Notes under the pieces: model-generated
Database searches by the model: none
What the model was told of the DNA's origin: nothing
What the model saw: the letters and a program-made list of their open reading frames with translations, nothing else
Assembly (NCBI GenBank): GCA_965202585.1
Contig: OZ241834.1
Location: forward strand, 25,792,001-25,856,000
Reading direction: 5' to 3'
Length of the DNA stretch: 64,000 nt
From: Thalia democratica
Taxonomy: Eukaryota
Part shown: one piece after another, positions 28,733 to 43,282 of the stretch
Position numbering within the stretch: the first letter of the stretch is position 1
How the letters are laid out: each line of letters begins with the position of its first letter
Position numbers and translations under genes: made by a program

Positions 28733-31700
28733 GATGAATGAATAATAAAGCGACCAAAACGATACTTGCAAGAGTTACTGACTGTGACGAATTGACTGTC
28801 GAGCAGTTATGCTTTGCAAGGTACCTTTTACTTCTTAGCATTTTTGCATTAGCATGTTTGTTTAACACATATATGCTTATAAAAACTTAGTTGTCTTATT
28901 ACGAATGTTGAAAAAGTTCCAGTAAGAAAGAAACCATATCTAACTTGTTCTAAAAGTAATTTTTTTTAAAGCATTAGTTTGAAAAGTCCAGAAATAACAG
29001 CCTGTATCTTACAGCACACCTCTAAATACATTAAGAAAAACATAAATGAAACAAAACATGTTAACACACTCCCGACTGAGTTTTCCTTTGCCGCTCACCT
29101 AAAGTAATAAAGTTTTAACAAAGCACAAGGTTTTTTTTTACCTCAAACTTAAACAAAGTTTCATTATATCGATTTCATGGAGTTTTGTTAATCGTAAGTT
29201 CTATCAAGTATGTTCAAGTTAATTACAGTTTAAACTAATGTGTAAAAAGTAATTTCAAAAGAATAAAAGAGTTCATTTTGTTTAGCTTTACTAGTTATGA
29301 TTACTCATAATCAATATACTCATAAGCAATGTACTCAAAACTTTTATTAAACAGACAACTAGATAACTTTGTTCTTGCACATACTAGTAACTTACCTTAC
29401 AACAATGTTTTCCAAACAACCTTTCAAAAACGTACTGTACAGTAACTATGATGATACTTGTTTGAAAGTTGTAAACTACGTTTAAACACAAATTTTATTT
29501 TCCAGTGTATATGAAAAACTAGTTTAACAGGTAAGTAGTTTAACATTCAATTGGTGTTTCAAACAACTGATTCAAGCTGTTATACAGTTTAAAAAATAAC
29601 TGATGCGATTTTGCTCGTTAAACTTAAACCTTGATCAAACTAAGAACTTTAACTTTGCAGATTTCAACCGAATAAAGTGTGCTGATAAAAGTGAACAAAT
29701 GGATTTGGTTGTAAATTTTTCAAACAAAATAAAGTTAATTAAATTCAAAGAAGTAAATAAGTCGAAAAAGCTTATGAACACTAGCACTAAATTTGAACTT
29801 AAACAAAAGCTGATATCTTTTGGATGAAAAATTTTACGTAAAAAAAGAGGTTGGTTTATTTTTTAAGCAGCATTATATACAAAATAAAATCGAGTAAGAA
29901 AATCGAAATGAAAAAGTTTTGAAGTAAAATTGACAAACTTAGTGTTTGAATAAAGCTTTGTTTACAATCAGCACTCATAACCTTTCAATCTATCTTTGAA
30001 ACTTTTTAACTGGAAAATAATGCAACTAGGTTTTTTTTTCAAACTTTGTTTTGTCACTTCTCATAAAGTTTTAAAGTCAGTCGAAACAACATAGATACTG
30101 ACACATATTTTGAAACAACAACAGTACTGTTTTTTAAAGTTTACGATTGAAGTGTTTACCAAGTTAAACATGTGTTTTAACTGCTTTACTGCTAATAGTA
30201 ATTTCCTAGTTTACTCAACCTAGATTAATCATAATGTTCTGTACCATTGATTTCATTGACTAAATGTTTTGCTTTTCGAAATTCGTAACTAGTTATCTCT
30301 AACTTACTGTTAATGTAGTTAAAAACACAGCTTAGGATAAGTTACATTTTATTCTCGGATGTCGTTAAGAACATAGCTGTTGTAGCAATAACATATAAAC
30401 TTGAAGCAAAGTAACTGTTATCTTATTCAATTATAGACCATATAAAACAAAGTATTTGCTTGATTCAAAGTTTTACATTGTAGTTTGCCTATTATGGAAC
30501 TTGTACTGTCACATAATAGGCTGTAAAAAAATGAAGGCTAAAAAAGTTTTTGTCTTGCTTTGTCCAATTTTTCTTCTTCTTTACATTTATAAAAACTACA
30601 CAGCTTAAAGCAACAAGTTACAGTAATTTTGCTTTCTTATGTATAGCGTACTTAAGGGTAACAAACAAGTGGTAACAAGTTTTTTACTTCTTTTCTTTGT
30701 ACCATGTTTCAGCTAATCAATTGGTTTATTTCATATGCTTGACAAGATTAGAAAGCTTAAATCAAGTAAGTAGATGTAAGCTTTGTAAAATAAAAGATTT
30801 ATTTATACAAGTTCATCATTTTATTAAGGTATTTTGTTTTGTAAATTGCGTACTTGTTAATAGCGTTCTCTTTCTTTTGAACAAACGATGTTGTTTACAT
30901 TTATGTGTTACACCAGTTTTGAATTGCTAAGCATGTTTCAGTTGTAGTTTAATTGTAATTGAACAGTATTTTTTAAGGACACTAAACATTGTTTGTTATT
31001 AACAGTTTAAAACGTTTTCAGTTAATAAGTCAAAGTTTTATTTCTGTTTAAGCGTACTATTTTCATTGAAAAATAAAAATAGTTTTTACAGTGACGTAGG
31101 CACAGTTTTTTTTAATAAACTAAAAAACAAATGAAATATTGAATTAAAAAATGTCCACAAAGTAAGCATGAATAAGAATAAGTTTTATTTGGAAAAGAAA
31201 GTTAAAAGGAAAAAGGCCACGAAAAAGACACTCAAGTTAGTTAAAGCTTTTCACTAAGCATTCGACAATAGTAAGCAATAAAGTAAGGATTAGAGCAGTT
31301 ATCTAGCTAGAGTTCCTTTCTTAACAGTTGCATAAAAAAAGTACAGTAGAGAAATTGTAGCGAGCTAGGTATTTAATAAATAATGGGTTTATAGTTTGGA
31401 GGGAAATTGTTTTTTGATTCTTTTTCACCACAAAGTTGATTAAGTGTGTGTATTTGTGTTGTTGAGTTTAGTAGTCATTAGTAGCTTGTGTATTTAATTG
31501 GTGATCCACCTAATCTTTAGATTCAAAAAGTACATAGCTTAAAACAAACAAGTATCGTCGTTTTGAGTTGTCTCATACATAGTTTAAAAAAGAGTTACAA
31601 AAAATGGTAACAAGCTGTTCCATTTTTACCTTGGAATCATGTCGTTATTTGTCATAGCCACAGAAAAAATGAGTTCAACAAAACAAGTATGAGCTTTGTA

Positions 31701-33267
31701 AGCAGAAAGATTATTTCAATTGTATGTTTGTTTTAAACAATCACTGTTGTTTACATTACTGTTCAACTTTTAAACAGTTTTTTATTGTTTCATTTGCATT
31801 CTGATAAGTAAAACTAATACTTATTTGACAATCAGACCTTAAATAAATATCATTGAGCATTTTTAGTATCAAAGCAAAGTAAATGTTTCTTCTCATTTAA
31901 TATAATGTCTTATTTAAGCATAATTTTTTATTTAGTGACAGATTGATTTTTTTATTAAACTAACAACAAATATCTATTGAGTGTTTGAAAAACAAGTTTA
32001 CAAAGTAAAATGAACTAGAATAAGTTTTGTTTAAACAATAAGTTAAACAAGAAAATTCCCATTAAAAAACATTTTTACCTAACATTTAAATACTAGTGAA
32101 GCAGAAAAACTTATTCTACATTATCAAAAGTAGTTTAAAATGTCAAGTAGAACTACAAAAACTAAAGTAAGTGTAACTAACTAGTAGAAACAAAAACAGA
32201 GAAATTCAGCTTTAGAAAGTTTATTTAGAAGTTATTGAAACACACTAACTGTTACTTTTTACCAACACGCACAATGTAGATATAAATTTGTACATTTTTT
32301 TGTCGCTTAGTTTAAGCTTGTTTGACACTGTTTACTCGACATTAGTAGCTGCTTAAATCAACTGGTGGTCCTGATTACTTTAGATATGTAGAAACATAAC
32401 TTTCAACAAACTACTAGAGTTGTTAAAGGTCAGTAAGTTGTCTCATATCTAGTTAAAACAAGTACCTTTTACTTTGAAAACTAGAATAATAAATTACTTA
32501 AAAAAGTACAAGCAGTTACTTTTTTGTGTTTTACCAAGTTTCAACCAATGAGCTGGTTTGTTTTGTGTGTTTATGTTTTGAATTGAAAATGTTTCTTGAA
32601 TATGCTAAACAGAAGTTAGCTTTGAAAGAAGGAATATGTTATTTTACTTGAAAAACACATCTGTAATTTTTTGTCTTGAACAACCATTTTTGTATTCATT
32701 TATGTATTCGTAACTTTTTAAAACGTGTTACATGGCTTCAATTGCAGTTAAGTTGATAAGAAGAACTCGTTTAAAAAGTTAAAGCTCGGTTGTGTTACTA
32801 ATAATCAACAACAACTTAAAATAAAGTTACAACTAAGTTTTTGCATGTTATAAGTGATATACATTTTTGTTTAAAAAGATGATACTTTTTTGTAAGCACT
32901 TATTTATTGAATGTTTCAACAGAACTTCAGCAAATGAATAAAAACAAGTGTTTTGTACAAAAAGTATTCAGATGAAAAATCTTACGGACAACAAAATCAA
33001 GTTAGTTAAACATCTTTTACAAACCATTTGATTACAAGCACTACTACTGTTTTTAGACTAATGCAATGCTTTTTCTACAATATAACGAGTTACAAGTTTA
33101 TAAAGTATTTGAAACAAAAAAAAAGTGTGTTCATTCAAGTATATGAGTTTTTAATTTACACAAATAAGAATTTATTTGTACTAAGCTTATATTCTTGTAC
33201 TTTAAGTAAACATGAACAGCTGGTTCTATTCAAATGGTGGTCCTGAAAAGGACCGGTTGTTTAGCGT

Positions 33268-33627
33268 TTATTTTGAGCTGGTGTATTTGGTAACAGCTTT
33301 AGTTCCTTCTGAAACTGCGTGCTTTGACAACTCGCCGGGGAGCAAGAGCCTGACAGCAGTTTGAATTTCGCGGCTGCTAACAGTTGACCTCTTGTTGTAA
33401 TGAGCCAAACGTGAAGCCTCTGCTGCAATGCGCTCGAAGATGTCGTTGACAAATGAGTTCATGATTCCCATTGCCTTGCTGGAAATTCCGGTGTCGGGGT
33501 GCACTTGCTTCAAAACTTTGTACACATAGATGCCAAAGCTTTCTTTGTTCCTCCTCCTTCGCTTCTTCTTGCCGTCGACCGGAGCGGTCTTGGCTACTGA
33601 CTTCTTCGCGCCTTTGGTTGCTGTCAT
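33268..33627 (-). CDS. H2B: Histone H2B (unit 5)
   Basis: Same translation as unit 1. Confidence 0.97.
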   Translation of the reverse strand: MTATKGAKKSVAKTAPVDGKKKRRRRNKESFGIYVYKVLKQVHPDTGISSKAMGIMNSFVNDIFERIAAEASRLAHYNKRSTVSSREIQTAVRLLLPGELSKHAVSEGTKAVTKYTSSK

Positions 33628-33791
33628 GATGATGTGTGGACTTCTGTCTCGGCGCCAGTTTATATGCTGAAAAATTATGCAAATTAGCATAGTTCCGTAC
33701 GCGAACGATAGCTGGTTTCTCTCACTTCACAATTCTCTCGTTTGTTGTAAATATTTTGGTGGTCCTGAAAAGGACCTGGTTTTTTTTTAAC

Positions 33792-34172
33792 TTAGGCTGA
33801 CTTTTTTGAAGCGGTCTTCTTAGGCAATAGTACTGCCTGGATGTTTGGAAGAACACCACCTTGAGCAATTGTGACGCCTCCGAGAAGTTTGTTCAACTCT
33901 TCGTCGTTGCGAATAGCTAGTTGCAAATGGCGAGGAATGATCCTGCTTTTCTTGTTGTCACGAGCAGCGTTACCGGCAAGCTCGAGCACTTCTGCGCTCA
34001 AGTACTCGAGAACGGCAGCCAGATAAACTGGAGCACCAGCTCCGACTCTTTGGCTGTAGTTGCCGGTGCGCAACAGGCGGTGCACGCGACCGACTGGAAA
34101 CTGCAGTCCTGCACGGGAAGACCTGCTCTTCGGCTTAGATTTGAGTTTTGATCCTTTACCACGTCCTGACAT
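33792..34172 (-). CDS. H2A: Histone H2A (unit 5)
   Basis: Same translation as unit 1. Confidence 0.97.
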   Translation of the reverse strand: MSGRGKGSKLKSKPKSRSSRAGLQFPVGRVHRLLRTGNYSQRVGAGAPVYLAAVLEYLSAEVLELAGNAARDNKKSRIIPRHLQLAIRNDEELNKLLGGVTIAQGGVLPNIQAVLLPKKTASKKSA

Positions 34173-34354
34173 TTTGTTGTTCGAATGATTGTGATGATAG
34201 CTTGCACAGCTCACTATAAAACTCATACCTAACCGCGTCGAACGAAAAACTAATTTGCATATGTCATAGCTAATGCTTAATCTTGTCAAAAGTGTTGTAA
34301 AACTTTTATATTGAATTAGGTGGTCCTAAAAAGGACCGGGTTTGCTAAAAGCGA

Positions 34355-34702
<348 letters not shown>

Positions 34703-34854
34703 TTATATACAAGCTGTTACGGACGCGTACGGTTACTACTAACTAATTTGCATACTCAAAAAAGTCTCTTAACTTACATTTTTTCGTTCGGTTAAGTTTT
34801 TCTCACTGTCAAAGTTTTAAGGTGGCCCTGAAAAGGACCGGTTTTAGCTAACGC

Positions 34855-35346
<492 letters not shown>

Positions 35347-35446
35347 CTAATTTGCATATTTTCAACTTAGCATTGTTTTATGCATTTCGAGTTGCGTTAT
35401 ATTTTGTTTGAGTGGTCCTGAAAAGGACCTTGGGTAAAAGAACAAC

Positions 35447-36007
35447 TTATTTTTTGCAGCTCTTCTTCTTGGATGCTTTTTTGGCTGCCGGCTTCTTCTT
35501 GGTTACTTTCTTCTTCTTGCTTGCAGCTTTTTTAGATGCTGCCTTCTTAGGAGCGCACTTTTTAGCAGGTCGCTTTTTGGCTGCTGGTTTTTTTGCAGCC
35601 TTCTTGGGAGCACACTTCTTTTTTGGTTTTTTAGCTGCGGCCTTCTTTGCTGCTGGCTTTTTAGCTACTTTCTTTGTCCTCTTCTTGGGCCCAGCAGCTG
35701 GCATTGGAGCAAGCTTGAACGAGCCAGAAGCGCCTTTTCCAGTTGTCTGGAGAAAAGCACCTTTGGTCACGCCGCTGGTAAGTGCTCTCTTCAAGTGAGA
35801 ATTGGAAGCTGTGAGGTCAAGCTTGTAGGTGTCCGCAATAAACTTTTGTATCTTCTGGCGGGATGTACCTTTTCGTTCCTTCATTGCTCCAAGGGCAGAG
35901 CTAATCATTTCCCTGTAAGTAGGGTGCTCTGCCTTCTTGGCGCTTGGTCTCTTGGAGGACCTGGCTGCGGCTGGCGCTGGTACTGCTGCTACTGCTGTGG
36001 TAGACAT
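35447..36007 (-). CDS. H1: Histone H1 (unit 5)
   Basis: Same translation as unit 1. Confidence 0.95.
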   Translation of the reverse strand: MSTTAVAAVPAPAAARSSKRPSAKKAEHPTYREMISSALGAMKERKGTSRQKIQKFIADTYKLDLTASNSHLKRALTSGVTKGAFLQTTGKGASGSFKLAPMPAAGPKKRTKKVAKKPAAKKAAAKKPKKKCAPKKAAKKPAAKKRPAKKCAPKKAASKKAASKKKKVTKKKPAAKKASKKKSCKK

Positions 36008-39000
36008 GATGAATGAATAATAAAGCGACCAAAACGATACTTGCAAGAGTTACTGACTGTGACGAATTGACTGTCGAGCAGTTATGCTTTGCAAGGTACC
36101 TTTTACTTCTTAGCATTTTTGCATTAGCATGTTTGTTTAACACATATATGCTTATAAAAACTTAGTTGTCTTATTACGAATGTTGAAAAAGTTCCAGTAA
36201 GAAAGAAACCATATCTAACTTGTTCTAAAAGTAATTTTTTTTAAAGCATTAGTTTGAAAAGTCCAGAAATAACAGCCTGTATCTTACAGCACACCTCTAA
36301 ATACATTAAGAAAAACATAAATGAAACAAAACATGTTAACACACTCCCGACTGAGTTTTCCTTTGCCGCTCACCTAAAGTAATAAAGTTTTAACAAAGCA
36401 CAAGGTTTTTTTTTACCTCAAACTTAAACAAAGTTTCATTATATCGATTTCATGGAGTTTTGTTAATCGTAAGTTCTATCAAGTATGTTCAAGTTAATTA
36501 CAGTTTAAACTAATGTGTAAAAAGTAATTTCAAAAGAATAAAAGAGTTCATTTTGTTTAGCTTTACTAGTTATGATTACTCATAATCAATATACTCATAA
36601 GCAATGTACTCAAAACTTTTATTAAACAGACAACTAGATAACTTTGTTCTTGCACATACTAGTAACTTACCTTACAACAATGTTTTCCAAACAACCTTTC
36701 AAAAACGTACTGTACAGTAACTATGATGATACTTGTTTGAAAGTTGTAAACTACGTTTAAACACAAATTTTATTTTCCAGTGTATATGAAAAACTAGTTT
36801 AACAGGTAAGTAGTTTAACATTCAATTGGTGTTTCAAACAACTGATTCAAGCTGTTATACAGTTTAAAAAATAACTGATGCGATTTTGCTCGTTAAACTT
36901 AAACCTTGATCAAACTAAGAACTTTAACTTTGCAGATTTCAACCGAATAAAGTGTGCTGATAAAAGTGAACAAATGGATTTGGTTGTAAATTTTTCAAAC
37001 AAAATAAAGTTAATTAAATTCAAAGAAGTAAATAAGTCGAAAAAGCTTATGAACACTAGCACTAAATTTGAACTTAAACAAAAGCTGATATCTTTTGGAT
37101 GAAAAATTTTACGTAAAAAAAGAGGTTGGTTTATTTTTTAAGCAGCATTATATACAAAATAAAATCGAGTAAGAAAATCGAAATGAAAAAGTTTTGAAGT
37201 AAAATTGACAAACTTAGTGTTTGAATAAAGCTTTGTTTACAATCAGCACTCATAACCTTTCAATCTATCTTTGAAACTTTTTAACTGGAAAATAATGCAA
37301 CTAGGTTTTTTTTTCAAACTTTGTTTTGTCACTTCTCATAAAGTTTTAAAGTCAGTCGAAACAACATAGATACTGACACATATTTTGAAACAACAACAGT
37401 ACTGTTTTTTAAAGTTTACGATTGAAGTGTTTACCAAGTTAAACATGTGTTTTAACTGCTTTACTGCTAATAGTAATTTCCTAGTTTACTCAACCTAGAT
37501 TAATCATAATGTTCTGTACCATTGATTTCATTGACTAAATGTTTTGCTTTTCGAAATTCGTAACTAGTTATCTCTAACTTACTGTTAATGTAGTTAAAAA
37601 CACAGCTTAGGATAAGTTACATTTTATTCTCGGATGTCGTTAAGAACATAGCTGTTGTAGCAATAACATATAAACTTGAAGCAAAGTAACTGTTATCTTA
37701 TTCAATTATAGACCATATAAAACAAAGTATTTGCTTGATTCAAAGTTTTACATTGTAGTTTGCCTATTATGGAACTTGTACTGTCACATAATAGGCTGTA
37801 AAAAAATGAAGGCTAAAAAAGTTTTTGTCTTGCTTTGTCCAATTTTTCTTCTTCTTTACATTTATAAAAACTACACAGCTTAAAGCAACAAGTTACAGTA
37901 ATTTTGCTTTCTTATGTATAGCGTACTTAAGGGTAACAAACAAGTGGTAACAAGTTTTTTACTTCTTTTCTTTGTACCATGTTTCAGCTAATCAATTGGT
38001 TTATTTCATATGCTTGACAAGATTAGAAAGCTTAAATCAAGTAAGTAGATGTAAGCTTTGTAAAATAAAAGATTTATTTATACAAGTTCATCATTTTATT
38101 AAGGTATTTTGTTTTGTAAATTGCGTACTTGTTAATAGCGTTCTCTTTCTTTTGAACAAACGATGTTGTTTACATTTATGTGTTACACCAGTTTTGAATT
38201 GTTAAGCATGTTTCAGTTGTAGTTTAATTGTAATTGAACAGTATTTTTTAAGGACACTAAACATTGTTTGTTATTAACAGTTTAAAACGTTTTCAGTTAA
38301 TAAGTCAAAGTTTTATTTCTGTTTAAGCGTACTATTTTCATTGAAAAATAAAAATAGTTTTTACAGTGACGTAGGCACAGTTTTTTTTAATAAACTAAAA
38401 AACAAATGAAATATTGAATTAAAAAATGTCCACAAAGTAAGCATGAATAAGAATAAGTTTTATTTGGAAAAGAAAGTTAAAAGGAAAAAGGCCACGAAAA
38501 AGACACTCAAGTTAGTTAAAGCTTTTCACTAAGCATTCGACAATAGTAAGCAATAAAGTAAGGATTAGAGCAGTTATCTAGCTAGAGTTCCTTTCTTAAC
38601 AGTTGCATAAAAAAAGTACAGTAGAGAAATTGTAGCGAGCTAGGTATTTAATAAATAATGGGTTTATAGTTTGGAGGGAAATTGTTTTTTGATTCTTTTT
38701 CACCACAAAGTTGATTAAGTGTGTGTATTTGTGTTGTTGAGTTTAGTAGTCATTAGTAGCTTGTGTATTTAATTGGTGATCCACCTAATCTTTAGATTCA
38801 AAAAGTACATAGCTTAAAACAAACAAGTATCGTCGTTTTGAGTTGTCTCATACATAGTTTAAAAAAGAGTTACAAAAAATGGTAACAAGCTGTTCCATTT
38901 TTACCTTGGAATCATGTCGTTATTTGTCATAGCCACAGAAAAAATGAGTTCAACAAAACAAGTATGAGCTTTGTAAGCAGAAAGATTATTTCAATTGTAT

Positions 39001-40542
39001 GTTTGTTTTAAACAATCACTGTTGTTTACATTACTGTTCAACTTTTAAACAGTTTTTTATTGTTTCATTTGCATTCTGATAAGTAAAACTAATACTTATT
39101 TGACAATCAGACCTTAAATAAATATCATTGAGCATTTTTAGTATCAAAGCAAAGTAAATGTTTCTTCTCATTTAATATAATGTCTTATTTAAGCATAATT
39201 TTTTATTTAGTGACAGATTGATTTTTTTATTAAACTAACAACAAATATCTATTGAGTGTTTGAAAAACAAGTTTACAAAGTAAAATGAACTAGAATAAGT
39301 TTTGTTTAAACAATAAGTTAAACAAGAAAATTCCCATTAAAAAACATTTTTACCTAACATTTAAATACTAGTGAAGCAGAAAAACTTATTCTACATTATC
39401 AAAAGTAGTTTAAAATGTCAAGTAGAACTACAAAAACTAAAGTAAGTGTAACTAACTAGTAGAAACAAAAACAGAGAAATTCAGCTTTAGAAAGTTTATT
39501 TAGAAGTTATTGAAACACACTAACTGTTACTTTTTACCAACACGCACAATGTAGATATAAATTTGTACATTTTTTTGTCGCTTAGTTTAAGCTTGTTTGA
39601 CACTGTTTACTCGACATTAGTAGCTGCTTAAATCAACTGGTGGTCCTGATTACTTTAGATATGTAGAAACATAACTTTCAACAAACTACTAGAGTTGTTA
39701 AAGGTCAGTAAGTTGTCTCATATCTAGTTAAAACAAGTACCTTTTACTTTGAAAACTAGAATAATAAATTACTTAAAAAAGTACAAGCAGTTACTTTTTT
39801 GTGTTTTACCAAGTTTCAACCAATGAGCTGGTTTGTTTTGTGTGTTTATGTTTTGAATTGAAAATGTTTCTTGAATATGCTAAACAGAAGTTAGCTTTGA
39901 AAGAAGGAATATGTTATTTTACTTGAAAAACACATCTGTAATTTTTTGTCTTGAACAACCATTTTTGTATTCATTTATGTATTCGTAACTTTTTAAAACG
40001 TGTTACATGGCTTCAATTGCAGTTAAGTTGATAAGAAGAACTCGTTTAAAAAGTTAAAGCTCGGTTGTGTTACTAATAATCAACAACAACTTAAAATAAA
40101 GTTACAACTAAGTTTTTGCATGTTATAAGTGATATACATTTTTGTTTAAAAAGATGATACTTTTTTGTAAGCACTTATTTATTGAATGTTTCAACAGAAC
40201 TTCAGCAAATGAATAAAAACAAGTGTTTTGTACAAAAAGTATTCAGATGAAAAATCTTACGGACAACAAAATCAAGTTAGTTAAACATCTTTTACAAACC
40301 ATTTGATTACAAGCACTACTACTGTTTTTAGACTAATGCAATGCTTTTTCTACAATATAACGAGTTACAAGTTTATAAAGTATTTGAAACAAAAAAAAAG
40401 TGTGTTCATTCAAGTATATGAGTTTTTAATTTACACAAATAAGAATTTATTTGTACTAAGCTTATATTCTTGTACTTTAAGTAAACATGAACAGCTGGTT
40501 CTATTCAAATGGTGGTCCTGAAAAGGACCGGTTGTTTAGCGT

Positions 40543-40902
40543 TTATTTTGAGCTGGTGTATTTGGTAACAGCTTTAGTTCCTTCTGAAACTGCGTGCTTT
40601 GACAACTCGCCGGGGAGCAAGAGCCTGACAGCAGTTTGAATTTCGCGGCTGCTAACAGTTGACCTCTTGTTGTAATGAGCCAAACGTGAAGCCTCTGCTG
40701 CAATGCGCTCGAAGATGTCGTTGACAAATGAGTTCATGATTCCCATTGCCTTGCTGGAAATTCCGGTGTCGGGGTGCACTTGCTTCAAAACTTTGTACAC
40801 ATAGATGCCAAAGCTTTCTTTGTTCCTCCTCCTTCGCTTCTTCTTGCCGTCGACCGGAGCGGTCTTGGCTACTGACTTCTTCGCGCCTTTGGTTGCTGTC
40901 AT
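40543..40902 (-). CDS. H2B: Histone H2B (unit 6)
   Basis: Same translation as unit 1. Confidence 0.97.
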   Translation of the reverse strand: MTATKGAKKSVAKTAPVDGKKKRRRRNKESFGIYVYKVLKQVHPDTGISSKAMGIMNSFVNDIFERIAAEASRLAHYNKRSTVSSREIQTAVRLLLPGELSKHAVSEGTKAVTKYTSSK

Positions 40903-41066
40903 GATGATGTGTGGACTTCTGTCTCGGCGCCAGTTTATATGCTGAAAAATTATGCAAATTAGCATAGTTCCGTACGCGAACGATAGCTGGTTTCTCTCAC
41001 TTCACAATTCTCTCGTTTGTTGTAAATATTTTGGTGGTCCTGAAAAGGACCTGGTTTTTTTTTAAC

Positions 41067-41447
41067 TTAGGCTGACTTTTTTGAAGCGGTCTTCTTAGGC
41101 AATAGTACTGCCTGGATGTTTGGAAGAACACCACCTTGAGCAATTGTGACGCCTCCGAGAAGTTTGTTCAACTCTTCGTCGTTGCGAATAGCTAGTTGCA
41201 AATGGCGAGGAATGATCCTGCTTTTCTTGTTGTCACGAGCAGCGTTACCGGCAAGCTCGAGCACTTCTGCGCTCAAGTACTCGAGAACGGCAGCCAGATA
41301 AACTGGAGCACCAGCTCCGACTCTTTGGCTGTAGTTGCCGGTGCGCAACAGGCGGTGCACGCGACCGACTGGAAACTGCAGTCCTGCACGGGAAGACCTG
41401 CTCTTCGGCTTAGATTTGAGTTTTGATCCTTTACCACGTCCTGACAT
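41067..41447 (-). CDS. H2A: Histone H2A (unit 6)
   Basis: Same translation as unit 1. Confidence 0.97.
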   Translation of the reverse strand: MSGRGKGSKLKSKPKSRSSRAGLQFPVGRVHRLLRTGNYSQRVGAGAPVYLAAVLEYLSAEVLELAGNAARDNKKSRIIPRHLQLAIRNDEELNKLLGGVTIAQGGVLPNIQAVLLPKKTASKKSA

Positions 41448-41629
41448 TTTGTTGTTCGAATGATTGTGATGATAGCTTGCACAGCTCACTATAAAACTCA
41501 TACCTAACCGCGTCGAACGAAAAACTAATTTGCATATGTCATAGCTAATGCTTAATCTTGTCAAAAGTGTTGTAAAACTTTTATATTGAATTAGGTGGTC
41601 CTAAAAAGGACCGGGTTTGCTAAAAGCGA

Positions 41630-41977
<348 letters not shown>

Positions 41978-42129
41978 TTATATACAAGCTGTTACGGACG
42001 CGTACGGTTACTACTAACTAATTTGCATACTCAAAAAAGTCTCTTAACTTACATTTTTTCGTTCGGTTAAGTTTTTCTCACTGTCAAAGTTTTAAGGTGG
42101 CCCTGAAAAGGACCGGTTTTAGCTAACGC

Positions 42130-42621
<492 letters not shown>

Positions 42622-42721
42622 CTAATTTGCATATTTTCAACTTAGCATTGTTTTATGCATTTCGAGTTGCGTTATATTTTGTTTGAGTGGTCCTGAAAAG
42701 GACCTTGGGTAAAAGAACAAC

Positions 42722-43282
42722 TTATTTTTTGCAGCTCTTCTTCTTGGATGCTTTTTTGGCTGCCGGCTTCTTCTTGGTTACTTTCTTCTTCTTGCTTGCA
42801 GCTTTTTTAGATGCTGCCTTCTTAGGAGCGCACTTTTTAGCAGGTCGCTTTTTGGCTGCTGGTTTTTTTGCAGCCTTCTTGGGAGCACACTTCTTTTTTG
42901 GTTTTTTAGCTGCGGCCTTCTTTGCTGCTGGCTTTTTAGCTACTTTCTTTGTCCTCTTCTTGGGCCCAGCAGCTGGCATTGGAGCAAGCTTGAACGAGCC
43001 AGAAGCGCCTTTTCCAGTTGTCTGGAGAAAAGCACCTTTGGTCACGCCGCTGGTAAGTGCTCTCTTCAAGTGAGAATTGGAAGCTGTGAGGTCAAGCTTG
43101 TAGGTGTCCGCAATAAACTTTTGTATCTTCTGGCGGGATGTACCTTTTCGTTCCTTCATTGCTCCAAGGGCAGAGCTAATCATTTCCCTGTAAGTAGGGT
43201 GCTCTGCCTTCTTGGCGCTTGGTCTCTTGGAGGACCTGGCTGCGGCTGGCGCTGGTACTGCTGCTACTGCTGTGGTAGACAT
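42722..43282 (-). CDS. H1: Histone H1 (unit 6)
   Basis: Same translation as unit 1. Confidence 0.95.
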   Translation of the reverse strand: MSTTAVAAVPAPAAARSSKRPSAKKAEHPTYREMISSALGAMKERKGTSRQKIQKFIADTYKLDLTASNSHLKRALTSGVTKGAFLQTTGKGASGSFKLAPMPAAGPKKRTKKVAKKPAAKKAAAKKPKKKCAPKKAAKKPAAKKRPAKKCAPKKAASKKAASKKKKVTKKKPAAKKASKKKSCKK